Source: Ptychomitrium polyphyllum
Taxonomy: Eukaryota
DNA: 64,000 bases
Assembly: GCA_973851085.1 (NCBI GenBank)
Contig: OZ316775.1
Coordinates: forward strand, 7,502,001-7,566,000
Direction of reading: 5' to 3'
The notes under the pieces were generated by a model, which did no database searches, was not told the DNA's origin, and saw only the letters and a list, made by a program, of their open reading frames with translations. The translations under genes were made by a program, and so were the position numbers. Of the stretch, positions 14,508 to 29,566 are shown in pieces (positions within the stretch are counted from its first letter, which is position 1; the number at the start of each line of letters is the position of its first letter).

Positions 14508-14999
14508 TGGGACGAAGATTGCGGCTTTTCGTCCTCGTCTGCCGCCAGCGCTCTTCGTTCCTCTCTCGCTCGCTTCCGCTTCGTTCTTCGTTCGCCTTGT
14601 GATTGCTCTTCTTTCGTTCTTCGTTTGTTTCTCTGTGTAGTTCAAAATTTCAAATTTTGGCAAATAGCATTCACAGCTTTATTCAATCTATCAATAATTT
14701 TTTGTTTTGTCATGCACGCGTCAATCAGAATTCTCTCATTTTTTAACCAAATTGTGTTGGTGTTTTTAAGAGGTCATAGCATTGATGAACTTTGCAAGAG
14801 GCAATGGACTAAGCATATAAGTCTTGGGACATGCATGTCAGAAGTCAACAGCCTAATGGTAAATATAAATTCACATCAACACAGGCAAAGAGTGGTCCTA
14901 ATGCATGAGCAACAACAAAATATCACTTTGGATCATTCATCAACATTTATATTCCAAAAGATATTGTTAGAAAGTATAACTTAGGTGCATCATTTAGAA

Positions 15000-17900
15000 A
15001 CCTCTACATATGTAATAAACAAAAGTTATTAGAACCTTCACATGGCAGAGTACAATTGATGGACTTTAATTCATTATAATCGAAATTGATTTGCTATGTC
15101 AACCTTGTAATGTCCACTTTCATAAAAAAAAACATTCTTCCATATTGTAAAATTCACCACTTTGATGGATTCATTCTTCCTAAACTTATTGGAATTTTTA
15201 TTGAGGTCTTTGAAGTTAAAAGTTCAATTTGAATTTTTCCTACTTTTGGTTTTTAAGACTTTGTCTACATATAGATACTTGTGGTTTTTACATGATACAA
15301 CAACCAATATCTTTATAGCTCAACTTCAATGGATATTCTTCTAAGTTCAAACCTTCACCACATATGGATAACTGTACCTTTATTCAAGTGATTTCATTGG
15401 AAACAAAAGATAATTAATCCTTACCTTGGCAAATTTGTATAATATCAATAGAAAGCACCTTGTACAATTTTGATATTTTCTATGTATAACATTAATATAA
15501 TATAAGTATTACAAACATATTGCAAAAATACTATATTAATACCATTTAGATATTGCATTGATTTTATCCACATATTACATTGATATTGTTATAGAGTTAT
15601 GTTAACATCCCACCAATTTTAATATATTATAATTCATTTAATATCAAAGTTTTATGTAAATGGAAACATTTATATCATTGGAATGTTAGTTTTTGTTGGT
15701 AACCACTCAATATTAATTTAATTGATATAAATGCCAAATATTTATATGGTCTAAATTCAAATTGTAAAATCTCTTAAAAATTTTGTTTTTCAATTATTTT
15801 TTATAATAAAAGGTCAAATCATACACTATTAAAAAATGATGAATAATAATTTGTTGATACCTTGAAGAAATAAAGGTGCAAAATTTGATGACAATAGTTG
15901 CTTGATGTTACAACCTTCAACAATCTTGAATTAAATTTTAACCTCAATCTAAATTTAAAATGATTAAAACATTGTTTTGCCATGGTGTGGCCTTTATGTA
16001 ATTTTTATTTGATTTTTTGAATAAATGTATATCAAAATTGAATTTTTTCAAGTTATAATCCAAAGTGAAATCATTAGAATATCGAAAATCAAATATTTTC
16101 CTACAATTTGAATTTCCAATGTTTTTGTATTGCAATGGAAGGTTGACCAGCAATGAAGAAACAATAAGCAAAAATATTTATAATACATTAATCTGTTCTG
16201 TATTCAATTATAAATAATTGGTTTCTTTAAAAGTTATCAATTAAATCGAAACTTCATAATACCATGTTAAACGAAAAATAATTATCTACAAAAAAAAAAA
16301 TTATTCTGTAATCATTTATATACTACATGATTGAAGTGAATATCAATGATGTGCAAAATACAATAGAAGACTATTTGTGAAAAGTATAAACTATACTATT
16401 TATATGTAGGCATTGGAAAGAATTTATTTTTTCAAAATTCTAAATAAAGTTGAGTATATATATATATATATATATATACATATTTCATTTGTAAAGTAGT
16501 TTTAGCATTAATTTTTTCTCATGACAAATAGTACATGTTATCTTTTAATTGATTTGGACATTTAAAAAAACAATGTATTTTCTAAAAATAACTACTTTTA
16601 TGTTTGAGGATATCAAAATTGCCATATAAATATAAATAGTGTTAATTTGAAAAAGATTTATTTAACAAAATCATCAATATAATTATATTCTATAAATGCT
16701 TAGAATTTTGAAGACTTAATTTTACAATGTTTTTGAAAAAAAATTAGATGATTATAATTTTGTGAAAAATATAAATATTAAACTTAAGTTTATACATAGG
16801 TATAAATATAGATGTATAAAGAAAAGATTTAGAATGTGAAAAGAATTGAATGCAAAAGTATACATCAAATAAAAATACATTGATATTTACTTGAATTCAA
16901 CAATGTGCAATTTTGAAAATTATATATTATAGAAGGCAATTTTAATTAGGTTTATTCTTCTTATGACATTCTTTATATTTGACAAATGACAAACAATAAA
17001 TAACATTTATCACAAGCCATTCTTAAATATATCAAATGCAATCTTAGCCTTTGGTGAAGATCATTTTTCCTCATTTTTTGGACCATTAATTTAACCACCT
17101 TATTTTCATGTTTTTAAATATTTATTTTTTCTTTTTGTAACTTACATCAAAATAAAAAACAAATGTTGAAGTTTTTCCAATTTTCCAAATTGTAAAAAAA
17201 ATTCATAATTTTTGTAATAAAAATAAAAATAAATTAAAAAATAAATAACAATAAAAATTGGGTTGATATTAAAAATAGTTATGAAACTGAAATAAGCCAA
17301 TATTAAGAATAGTTTACAATATATATTGGCAAGACTGAGGTGCACTTCATTTTGCCTCTTTTTTTTATTATGAAGTCTATGCCCTATGGAACCTTTTATA
17401 AAATGATATAAAAATTTATTATAAGATTTTAAATGTTTATAGAATATTTGTTTTAAATTGTGAAAGTTTATAGAAGATTCTAGAAGATTATGAAAGTCTC
17501 TAGAAAGTCATATACTTTTGTGATGATGTATATTTGTGACAACGCTAAAGTGTGTCTTTTAGAATACAACCTCTATTGTTAATTTTGTTTTTTCAAAATT
17601 AAATGACAAAATAAGCTTTTAAATAAACAAAAATTCAAAACAGAAATCATTAATTCAACGACTTGTAAAAATCCAAAGTTTTGTTGATTTTCAAAGTTCA
17701 AATTTCAAAATAAATGATTATAAATAATTTTTAATTGCTTTGAGATTTTATAATAATAATATAGGCAATATCATACAAAGTGAATTTGATGTTACTATGT
17801 ACATCTATAACATTATATTATAAAAACACCTTAGAACATACATAATACATACAGAATTTTATTACATACAAAGATAAAGGAATTGCAAGTATTTTTAATC

Positions 17901-19900
17901 AGCACTTGCACATTCAAACAATATTACACACTAATAATTAAAATTGCTAATTGATATTTCAACTGGCATATTAAGGAATTAAAATAATTTTGATATTCAT
18001 TTTATATGTTTTTTGATTCAACTTAATACATTTTTTGCGGTTTAAGTCAGTTCAACGTAAGTATTGAAACCATATTCAAAAAACTTTATATTCATAATGT
18101 CTTTTTAAAAAAAGATTGTGTGTATTAGTAATAAATCTATAAAATATAATTTCTTACAAAATCACTAAGTTATATTCCAAGATTTTTACATTTTTGTTAT
18201 ATAATTTTTAATGACTACATCTTTGTAATTTGTTTAAAAACATCGTTAAATGATAGACATAATTGAATTATTCAAAACACCTCCATTTTATTTTATTTAT
18301 AACTTTTCTTTTATTTTGCATATTTGGATGTTATAGTAACTTATTCCCTTATAGACCATAAACTTGGAGATTTGGTGAAAGTAGCAAGATTTCAAAATAT
18401 GTATAAAATAATGATAGGATCTTCTTTTAAATTGTTTTAGAACTTAGAAAAGAATTAGTTTTTGATTTATTTAATTTTTTTGGAGTTTTATTGTGAATAT
18501 GTAAAACTTCCTACTATAGACTACTTTTAGTTAATTCTAATAAATCATTGAATATTTCATTTTATAAATTATATAAACTATTTTACAATAAAACCACAAG
18601 ATTCTATTAAATATTAATATGATTTTGTAATGTAATTGATATTTCAATGTAATTTTAATAAATTAACTTTTATACTTATAATATATGGATATGTAATTAA
18701 AAATAATGTTTGACTAAATAATAAGTTTTAAATTTAGACAAAATGTTTAAAATACTAAATAATAGCTAAAGTAAGTGGATTTATATTATTACATTTAAGG
18801 AAACATCTAGTTTAATTTATTTTTATTCTCTTAACAAAATTCTATTGAATCAACAAACAAGATTCATGTACAATTACAATACTGTGTGTTTGCATTCATG
18901 GACAATTATGAAAATATTATATGTTTGGAATATCAATAATATCTTTAAATTAAATATTGATAATAATTATAATCAATGATATAAATCTTATTAAATATGG
19001 CTACCAAAATATATTTTTCATTTAGTTTGCAAAAATACATTGATTTTTTTTTTTAAAATTACAAAATAGAAATCTTTACAGCTAAATTAAAATTTAAGAA
19101 CTTTTCAATCCAAATAACATTGTAATTTTTATTTTAATGACTATAGTAAATACCGTAGTAAGTTTTTCAATCAAATTGCAAAATGGAGGATGTACATTAC
19201 AATGAACAAATGTTTTGGCCAAGAGTTTTAGACTAGTATACTTATTTGATTGCCAATAAATAAATGTAATGTTTATAAAACAGTGTCCAAAATTATTTTG
19301 GATACATTTTTAAATTATAAATATAATTTAACTTTGCCATCAATGTAATATTATTTTTATTTTCAGTAAAAAATTCTTAATATAAAACATTATTGGATGC
19401 ACTACAAAATATATCTAAATTATACTTCAACACTTATTTCTAAATAAAAATATTATTTTTAATACTTCCTATATTAATATCTTTAGTATTTTAGTTTATG
19501 TCTTAAAGGCTATTTTCAAGACATTGTATCATTTTTTGGATTTTGTTTTTTATTTTATTTTATAATTGTTATATTGTATTCATCATTTTTCACTACAATA
19601 GTAATAGTTTGAAATATATGTCTTTGAAGACTAGTTTTAATAATTAAAAATATTATTTAGATATTTAAAATTGTCATCTTAGAGGAAACTCTCCACAATG
19701 GAATTGTTTCTTTGAATTATTCATAAGATAATTAAAATTTTCCTAATTTATATTATTGCAAGCCAACTAAATTTGAAATATTTTTCATCAATTTTGATTT
19801 AATTTGTCTTTACTGGTGATAAATTAAATCAAACAAGGGATACATATGAATACGGGTTATATATAGAGAAGGATCACATGTTACAGGGCTTCAAATAAAC
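15000..19900. other. Very AT-rich intergenic block, probably decayed transposon debris
   Basis: Strongly AT-biased with no credible ORFs. TCTAGAA-rich patch near 17470-17510. Confidence 0.5.
16455..16482. repeat. (TA)n microsatellite
   Basis: Direct read: gtatatatatatatatatatatatacatat. Confidence 0.85.
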
Positions 19901-22900
19901 TTATACGATCATTGCAAAGTGGAAAAGGATGTTCAAATCGGGAGTATTCTTCAACTAATCACCGAACATTCTCGGTACCTGGTGACCTTGCAATTGAATG
20001 AGGGACTGACCCACTGTGCCTGAACGGAACCGAACAGCCCAAGTTGGTGCAGTGGTATCCCTACGAGAATCTGGACGATATTTGAGAGTTGTCACTTGTC
20101 TGGAAGAATATCCGCCCTCCGGAATCTGGAGATCCACTTGCTGTAGGTCCGACAACCTAGCCTCTGGCTTTTCTCTTGCTAACTTCTTTCACCTGTTTCA
20201 GAGACTCTCATGAGCGTCCAGTGCACTTTGCGATATTTAGATTCAAGAACCTGCACGGCGGTTGGCGCCTGAATCTACACACGAAGCTTCCTGAATGCTT
20301 TTCTGTGGTCCACCAACGCAAACCAAAACGGAACTCACCACCAACATACATTCTCACTTGTCCGGAGGCACACGCATAAAGCGACACTCTACGCCGAATG
20401 GACGCTGTTTACGCTCATAGATTCCACACTATACAATGTAACCCTCTACGTAGATAGAGCTGGTTTGGGTACAGTGACTTATTTAGGTGCACTCAACATG
20501 CGGAATTTTGTGAAATACCTTTTGATTAGTGTTGTTGCTTCGTAGTAATAGCTACTGTTTCGATCCTAGTGCAAAGCCTGTCCTGGACCTTCCATTTCTA
20601 AGAACGTTGATACTGCTACTACAGTTTCGAAAACATCTGCGTTGAAATTATGGCAGAGATGATGTCAGTGCAGAAGATTCCTTGTTATCCGAAACCGATT
20701 GAATTGAAGCGCAACAAAAGTCTGATTGCAGAGGAGCGGAGGGAGGGAAGGAAGTGTAGACCTAATACATATTCGCACAAGGTGAATGAAACCCTGAATG
20801 TGAGGTCGAATCCGCCACATCTTTGATCATAAGTGCACACCGGAGTTGCATTTGATTGAAAAGCAACACACATCGTCGTCGCTGCGGAGGTAAGATCGGC
20901 GCAGAGAAGAATTTAGTTGCAGAAGGAGAGAGAGAGAGAATGCGCATGATCTCTGTAAGTGAAAGATAGACTGTGCACTCTTTTGTGGAGTTTCCGGAAA
21001 TTAGCCTAGGGTTTGAGTAGAAATTGTGAATCATTTGACTATGAGAGTTTCAGTAGCAGAGGCGTGAAAGCATTTGTGCTCGATCGGCCAATAGAACCAG
21101 TGTGGATATCGCACTGGAACTTACGCACATTGTGTAGCTGGAGAAAGCTCGTTGGTCTTTGAGCACGCACTGGCACCATGGGGGTTCGGTGCAGTAGGTA
21201 GTTTTGCGCTCGGTGCTCCACTTTCTTCACTTGCTCTTCTCAAATGTGCACGCTTCAGAGTTCCTTTTGTTCCGTTTTGTAGCATCGTATTGAAACTTAG
21301 CGCTGCTGCGACGCGTTCGTATAGCACGTGGATTTCAAGTGCTCGGCAAGGATCAACGAAGAATTAGAACATCAGTGCGCTTTCTTGTTCATCGATGAAC
21401 GAGTTCTCTGATTCTCTGGCAGGGCAATCTCCACATCGTACTTTCCTTCCCCTTCGACGGTCTCGCATTCAACAATGACCTTCAGGCTGGTCATCCAAGG
21501 CCTGCCATCCCGTTGAGGAAGTTTCCTTGTGTTGGAAGCTGCCAGAGAACTATCCGGTATTGTCGCCGAGTTTATTGTGGTGTAGATTTTGAGCCCATAT
21601 ATTTTCAGCTTGCGCATGCGGCTCCGTAGAGAGTGGTGGCGCTTTGGCAAGAGCTTCCAGGGCCTTCGATGATTTTGTTTGGAGAGCTGTTTCTTTCTTT
21701 GTAGCGTGCAGATTGGCAGAAGAGTTTGGTTGTCACATTTGAGAAAAGGAAGAGATTGAAGTTGTTGTTAACGGTCCTGTTTCCCCTGCTAATCTGCGAG
21801 TGGTTTCACTGTAGTGTGGCTGCAAGGGCAACTGGCTGAACTGCCACCTTCGAGCGTAGTTGGGTGCCTTGATGTAGAGAACCTTAACGTCCTGTCGTGG
21901 AAGAAACGTTATACTCTCTGAAGTCGTTGCAGCGAGGAACACCCGAGGTAAGTCCTGTACCTCAGATCTAGATCTATGTGGAGGAACTCTCGATCGTTTA
22001 GCTTTTGGAGTTCACGTCGGTCTTGTCGTTGCACATATGGTGCGATCCCCAGGGATTGGTTGAAGGTATTGTTTGCATGCAAATGGCTAAGATGGTTCAA
22101 TGTGTCGAAGGGATGGAGTTGCAATTGGTGCGCGACCGCTCCGTATTGGCACTTGTTTAGTCTATCTTTGGTGGCTTAGATTCCCTGGCGCTTTTTAGCC
22201 GCGATCGCATTGTGTAGGTCGTGGCTGTTGCCTTGCAAAACAGACTTTCTTAGCGAGAGAACAACGAATTGGTGCAAACGGACCGTCTGAGTTGCTCGTC
22301 AGTTCCTCTGGTGTGCTTGTTCTCTGAAGGCTGGACTGAAATTCGTAGTGTTGTCATTCCATGTGCGGAAGATTAGGTTGGTTTGTAATCTCACTTTGTT
22401 TGGTTGTCGCAGCAGTCACTATCGTAGTTCACTCTTGTGTTGCAGAACATGGTGATCACAAACACATCAATCATCGGCTATGATTTTTTTTTCAAGCACA
22501 TGATTGTGTTCGTTGGTACAGTATTCTGTCGTTTGCCCCGTACGTAAGGAGACTGGTTACTGGGGAACGAAAGCTAAATTTTGGCCAGGGACTTCGGGGG
22601 CTTTAATTGAGTGCTGAATATGCATTGTAAATAGTTAATGTAAGTAGGGAAGTGTATTCATTGCTGGTGTTGGAACTCTTGACACCAGTTAAGAAGTTGG
22701 TATTTGTGGCTTTTAGGAACGCTGTGTTGCGATGAGCAATGGTGTTATAACCGCATTATCCTTGCTTTTGTAATCGCAGGAGGTTGTATCAGCGCATTTC
22801 AACTGCACACACAAGCTTCTGTAGGTATAGAACATCAATGCAAAGGTGCAATGAAGCAGAGACGAGTTTAGAGATTGATTTGGAATACCGCACTCCTGCG

Positions 22901-22924
22901 CTTTGAATCCATATGAGCGCAGCA

Positions 22925-25900
22925 ATGGGAGAAGACTTGCTTACATCATATTGCAGGCCCCTGGAAACAGGGGTCTGGTCCAAATTGCCCAGTGGCTTCG
23001 GTGCTTACACCCCGTGTCTTGTTGACACTATAATTGTTAATATTTCGAGCATCGTGCTTCTCTTTTTCACGATTCAACGTATTCGAAGTCTGGTATATGG
23101 CGTCTCTGTTGAGCGCTTCAAAATTAGCAACCCATGGAGATATTGCCCTGGATTGCTTCTAGCGTCATTCTGTGCCGTGGCTCCAATGACTCAGATCGCG
23201 CTTGGCGTTTCAACAGTGAATCTCGACGGAGAAAGTTCCATGCCTCCTTTCGAGGTACATTTTACATATTGTTTATTCTGAGAGTTTTGAAAGCAGTATT
23301 CCTTTACGACATGGCTTGGTGTGAGGGTTCTGGCTACTATGACACTGCAAAACGGTTGATGCAGAAAGGACGAAATGCCAAGAAAATTTACAGCGAGTAA
23401 GGTGGCAGGATCTTCATTATAGAACTAATGTGAAGTAAATATTTGGAGAGCAATTAGGTTTTGTCCCTTTCGTCTACTGAGGGTTGGTTATGATGTTTGC
23501 AGGTTACGACACTCCTTTTGATCAGCTTTACATGGATCATTGTATTAGCTATGCTCTTTTTCGAGCTAAAAAGCTATACAAGAACCCTTGTGTGGTATGT
23601 GCGGTTCGCAGTTATGTACTTAGTAGTAGCTCAAACAACGATGCTGCAATTTACTCTTGCATTAAAGAGCTTCTACTCTGAGACTGGGCTGCATGCCGTT
23701 GTAAGCCAGTATGTTGCAGCCGGTCTCTTAAGTATCTTCTACCTTTTAAATTTTCCAACTCTGGTGCCCCAGGCTGATTATTTTCCAATTGACGCTGCGG
23801 ACGGTCAGATGGATGGTGTTTCATATGAACCTCTTGCAGGGGAGCGTGAGGTGTGTCCAGAGAGGAAGGCTAACATAATCACGTTTCTCCTCTTTGGGTG
23901 GATGTCGCCCCTTATGAAACTGGGTTTCCAGAGGCCTCTTACTGATAGAGACATTTGGTTGCTTGATAACTGGGATACAACTGAGCAGCTCTACAGTAAT
24001 TTTGAAAAAGCATGGAATGAGGAACGTGCTAAACCTAACCCTTGGCTATTGAGGTCATTGCATAAAGCTTTGGGTGCACGATTCTGGATAGGAGGAGTGT
24101 TCAAAATAGGGAACGATGCAGCCCAGTTTGTGGGGCCTGTCTTCCTCAGTTTGCTTTTGGAGTCCATGCAGAACCGAGAACCTGTATGGCATGGATATGT
24201 GTATGCAGCGTCAATTTTCGTTGGGGTTTTAATGGGTGTCATTTTTGAAGGGCAATACTTTCAGAATGTGATGAGAGTTGGTATGCGTACAAGGTCGACT
24301 TTGATTGCAGCTGTTTTTCGTAAGTCATTACGTTTGACTCAAGCTGGCAGAAGGGGCTTCACGGCGGGGAAAATTACAAACTTAATGACAACTGATGCAG
24401 AGGCTCTACAACAGATCACCCAGCAGCTTCATTCTCTCTGGTCTTCACCCTTAAGAATTATTATTGCGATTACGCTTCTGTATAAACAGGTATGTTCTAT
24501 TTTCTGTCCGTTTGTGAATAAATTTTTTCTTGATGTCTTTTCCATGAATTAATTTTTTGGTCTACGAAGGTTTGGTGATTCTCGAAATGGTTTGTGAAAC
24601 TCACACCCCTCTGCAACAATTCCAGTATGTCAGAGCAAAATGCTAAGCAGTTCCCTGATTCCAGAGCCCCTTATTGTCTATGTATTCTTATTTTCTGGGC
24701 AGGATAATTTCCTCTAATTTTGTCATCAGAATAAGAGGAATTGATTGTTCTAACACTCTCAATAATCTTGTGATCAACAGCTTGGAGTGGCATCCATCTT
24801 CGGCTCCCTCGTTCTTCTTGTCATGATTCCCCTCCAGACGTTTATGGTAACTAGGATGCGAAATCTGTCGAAGGAAGGTTTACAAAGGACAGATAAACGG
24901 ATTGGGCTTATGAATGAAATCCTATCGGCCATGGACATTGTGAAATGTTACGCATGGGAAAACAGTTTTCGCACTAAGGTGCTCTCTATTCGGGACGATG
25001 AAATTAGCTGGTTTAGGAAGGCTCAACTTCTCTCAGCTGTGAACACTTTCTGCCTGAATAGTGTTCCTATTCTTGTTACTGTTCTTGCTTTCGGGTTTTT
25101 CACCTACTTTGGCGGAGTTTTAACTCCAGCGAAGGCTTTCACTTCTTTATCCCTTTTTGCAGTTCTGCGGTTCCCACTTTTCATGTTCCCAACACTTGTG
25201 ACTGCCGCTGTTAATGCAAATGTTTCCCTGAAGCGTCTGCAAGAACTACTTCTTGCTGAAGAAAGAGTTTTGGCTTTGAATCCGCCGCTTGAGACTGGCC
25301 TACCAGCAATTTCCGTCAAAGATGGGACCTTTGCATGGGAAGCCAGTAATGAGGATTCAACTTTGTCGAATATCAATTTTGAGGTGGAAGTGGGCAGCTT
25401 TGTAGCTATTGTGGGAAGCACTGGAGAAGGCAAAACATCGCTCTTATCTGCAGTTCTGGGTGAGATGGCCACAAGGTCTGGGAATTGTGTCATACGCGGC
25501 AAGGTTGCCTATGTGCCGCAAGTGTCATGGATATTTAATGCAACTGTGAGGGATAATATCCTGTTTGGGCTTCCTCACGACGCTGACAAATACAATCGAG
25601 CTATACTTGTGGCTGGTCTTGAGCGTGATCTTTCTCTGCTACCTGGAGGGGATCTTACAGAAATTGGTGAAAGAGGAGTCAATATAAGTGGTGGGCAAAA
25701 GCAGCGAGTTTCTATTGCGAGAGCAGTTTATGCTGATACGGATGTTTACCTCTTCGATGATCCATTAAGTGCTTTGGATGCCCACGTTGCAAAACAGGTC
25801 TTTGACACATGCCTCAAGGATGAACTTTGGAATAAGACACGAGTACTGGTCACAAATCAGCTTCATTTCTTGTCACGTGTCGATAAAATTGTATTGATTC

Positions 25901-28900
25901 ATCGAGGCGAGATTAAGGAACAAGGATCCTATGAGGATTTGATGGCTAACGGGCCACTCTTTCAGCAGCTCATGGAGAAGGCAGGAAGCATGGAAGACTC
26001 GGTCGACGATGTGGAAGATGAAACCAAGTTCAGCGAAGCAGGTGAGAAGCTTGTCTATTTTCTTGCAAATGTACGTGGAAACATATAGCATAGTGGTATT
26101 GTGTTGTGTGACTTGGAATGGGTTATGCTTCATGTCACACGTCTATTAGATTTTTGATTACCGCAAGCAATAAGCTCCGAAAATAGGCAGGTGATAAGCA
26201 GAAACTGCGCTTCGAGTGTTAAGAAGGGCTATGCAAACAGTAGACGTAATAACCCAATGTGTTAGTGGTTCTTTTGACGTAGTCATGCAGTATTTCTGCA
26301 GCCCATCGAAACTCGCACAGAAGTCTTTCACTCTGGATAAGAGCAGTAGTATGTATGACTGACGACCTAATTCATTTCTTTCGGTTTCTTGCTATGTTCA
26401 TGATTGTTTGTGGGTATAGCAGTGAATGGTGGAAGCAACCAGGATGGATCAAAGGCGCAAGAAGGTCCAGTACTGAAGCGTCGATCAAGCTCAAAGAAAG
26501 ACCCTAAAGAGGTTGAGAAGGAAAAGGAGAAGAGTGCTAGGGCTACTCTCATTAAAACTGAAGAGCGTGAAACAGGGGTTATTTCATGGAAGGTCCTCGC
26601 ACGCTACAAAGCGGCTATGGGGGGTGCATTTGTGGTGGGAGTGCTCTTTCTTTGCTATATAGTGACCGAAGCCATTCGTCTTACTACAAGTGGTTGGCTG
26701 TCTATCTGGACGGATAGCACAAGACCAAAAACTCATGGCTCTATGTTCTATCTTGAAGTTTACTCTGGTCTCTCCTTTGCTCAGGTATATGGTACTTTGG
26801 GTTGACCTTGTTTGTATCCTTCCAGAATTTGAAGCACTTAGGTAAGCAATAGTAGAGGTAGCATGAGCAATCTGAAATGTATTTGTTTCGGGCCTTACTT
26901 ATAGTTGTTGGGAGTTATCTCAACATGGAGAATTTTACTAACGCTGTGGTTGCTTGTGCCTGTCTTCTTCACTCCACTGTTTTTTAATGACGCTATTGTA
27001 GGCTGTTTTATATGAATTAGGTGGGTTCATTTGGGTAGCTGACTCGTTATTTGTCTGTTCAGGTTTGTGTTACTTTAGGGAATTCCTTCTGGCTGGTACT
27101 TTCAAGTCTTTCGGCTGCACAATATTTGCACAATGGCATGTTGGGTTCCATGCTTCGAGCCCCGATGTCTTTCTTCCATGCCAATCCCGTGGGTCGAATA
27201 ATCAATCGGTTTGCGAAAGACACAGGAGACATTGACCGAAGTGTTGCTATGTTTACAAATATGTTCTTGACCTCTTGGTTCTCACTTATCTCTACATTCT
27301 TCCTTATTGGATACGTAAATACCATTTCTCTTTGGGCGATACTGCCGTTGCTGTTAGCTTTCTACTCGTCATATCTGTACTTTCAAGCGACAGCACGTGA
27401 AGTGAAGCGTATGGACTCCATTACCCGGTCACCTGTCTATGCTCAGTTTGGAGAGGCATTGAATGGTCTAGCAACAATTAGGGCCTACAAGGCTTATGAT
27501 CGCATGGCAAACATGAATGGCCAGGCGATGGACACAAACGCTAGATTCACAGTTGTCACAATGAGCTCGAACCGGTGGCTTGGTGTGAGATTGGAGTTCT
27601 TGGGAGGTCTTATGATATGGATGACAGGAACTTTGGCAGTTTTTGGAAATGCGAGGGCAAGAGATCCTGCTGTTTTTGCTCCTCAAATGGGTCTCCTTTT
27701 GTCGTACGCATTGAATATCACCAATTTGATGACTGCGGTTTTGAGATTGGCGAGCCTTGCAGAGAATAGTTTCAATGCAGTTGAAAGAGTTGGGAACTAT
27801 ATTGACCTAGAGCAGGAAGCCCCGTTGGTAATTGAAGACCACAGGCCACCTCCCGGATGGCCATCTGCTGGCAAAGTGGAGTTCAAGAATGTGGTCATGA
27901 GATATCGCCCTCATTTACCTCCTGTCTTGCATGGTGTTTCAATTGAGATTCGTCCAATGGAGAAAGTTGGTGTTGTTGGACGAACTGGGGCTGGAAAATC
28001 TAGCCTGTTCAACACGCTATTTCGTGTTGTTGAAGCTGATAGTGGCCAGATCCTGATTGATGGCATTGATATTTACACTCTCGGCCTGGCAGATTTGCGC
28101 AAGAACCTTGGAATCATTCCCCAGACCCCTGTTCTCTTCTCTGGTACAATTCGCTTCAATTTGGACCCGTTCAGTGAACATTCGGATGCAGATTTATGGG
28201 AGTCCCTTGAGAGAGCTCATTTGAAGGATGTCGTACGAAGAAATACTCTCGGACTAGAAGCTGAAGTGTCAGAAGGAGGAGAGAATTTTAGTGTTGGACA
28301 AAGGCAACTACTAAGTCTTGCACGAGCACTGCTTCGAAGATCCAAGATACTGGTTCTTGATGAGGCCACTGCTGCAGTTGATGTTGGAACTGATGCTCTC
28401 ATTCAGAAGACTATCCGCGAGGAGTTCAGGTCATGTACTATGCTCATCATTGCTCATCGATTGAACACAATCATTGACAGTGATCGAATTTTGGTCCTTG
28501 ATGCTGGACGAGTAGTGGAAATGGATACCCCTCGAAGTCTAGTAACGAAGCAAGACAGCATGTTTGCAGGTGCCTGTTGTTCTCTGATCCATCGTTCATG
28601 AAGCTGCAATAAGTTAATGAGTATATGGTTTTCCAGTTTAGGTGGTCTTAGTTTCTAGAATCTCATACTGCTCTCCCGGCTGCTCTCTGAGCTTTATGCC
28701 AGACCGCAAGGTCCGATTTGTTCGGTTGTAAACTTTGTGCTGATTTTTTCCTTGCATTAGGTATGGTACGGAGCACTGGACCTGCTAATGCGAGGTACTT
28801 GCAAAGAATAGCAATGGGAGATATTGACAGGAGTGCAGAAATTGAGAAGGATGCAACCGCTCAGAAGGTGAAGTGGGAGGCTACTTCACGTTGGGCAAGA

Positions 28901-29566
28901 GCTGCCCAATGGGCTCTAGCTATTAGTCTCACCAATTCCCAAAATGACTTGACCTCCGTTTGTGAAGACGAAGGCGAAGAGACAATTCTGGAATTTACAC
29001 GAGATGCTACCAGGACCCTGCATCAGGTACTTGAGTCTTCTCGACTGTTACAGAAAAACATTGTGTCATGAGTATGCAAGACTTATAGACGATGTTTCAT
29101 ATCATTGTTTCCATAATACTCTACCTTGTTTGGAGGTTCAATCCTCTTGTCTTTGTTGATGTTGCTAATGTTCAATTTCTACCATTCTTGTGAATGGAAG
29201 TTAAAGAACTTTGTGATGTTTTCTCTGAAGGGAATGGGGATGATGGCTTAAATATTTGTGTTTATTGCAAGTTTACACCTTTACACATTTACTGATAGAA
29301 CTCTATTCTTATATTTTTGAGTTCTGAATTCTGCTGACATCGATATGATTTTGTATCAGGTCTTGACTGGCCAGCATGACACGAGCATTAGAGAGGCGCT
29401 AATTCGGCGCCAAGCAACCGAAGAGCGTTGGTGGTCTGCTTTAAGTCGTGTTCTGGAAGGTTTTGCTGTTATGGGACGACAAGCCCGAGACCGTACTTCA
29501 CATGACCAGGAACGTGAGCCCTTTGATTGGAGCGAAGTTTCACTTACTGGTAGCCCAGTACTTTAG
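22925..29566 (+). CDS. ABCC2: ABC transporter C family (MRP), ABCC1/ABCC2 clade
   Basis: Exons 22925-23254, 23503-24489, 24781-26041, 26420/26423-26784, 27063-28569, 28761-29026 and 29360-29566 (approximate). The N-terminus [17 protein letters not shown] and C-terminal [12 protein letters not shown] extension are typical of AtMRP1/2. NBD1 has GSTGEGKTS and ISGGQ. NBD2 has [14 protein letters not shown] and LDEATA. An alternative ATG lies at 22913. The symbol denotes the clade, not verified orthology. Confidence 0.93.

Noticed and set aside
14157..14984. 168-aa and 191-aa ORFs
   Set aside because: Low-complexity translations of a GC-rich promoter/5' UTR island with no recognisable domain.
19955..22900. 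Short ORFs upstream of the ABCC gene
   Set aside because: No coherent frame or motif. More likely promoter, 5' UTR exons and introns.
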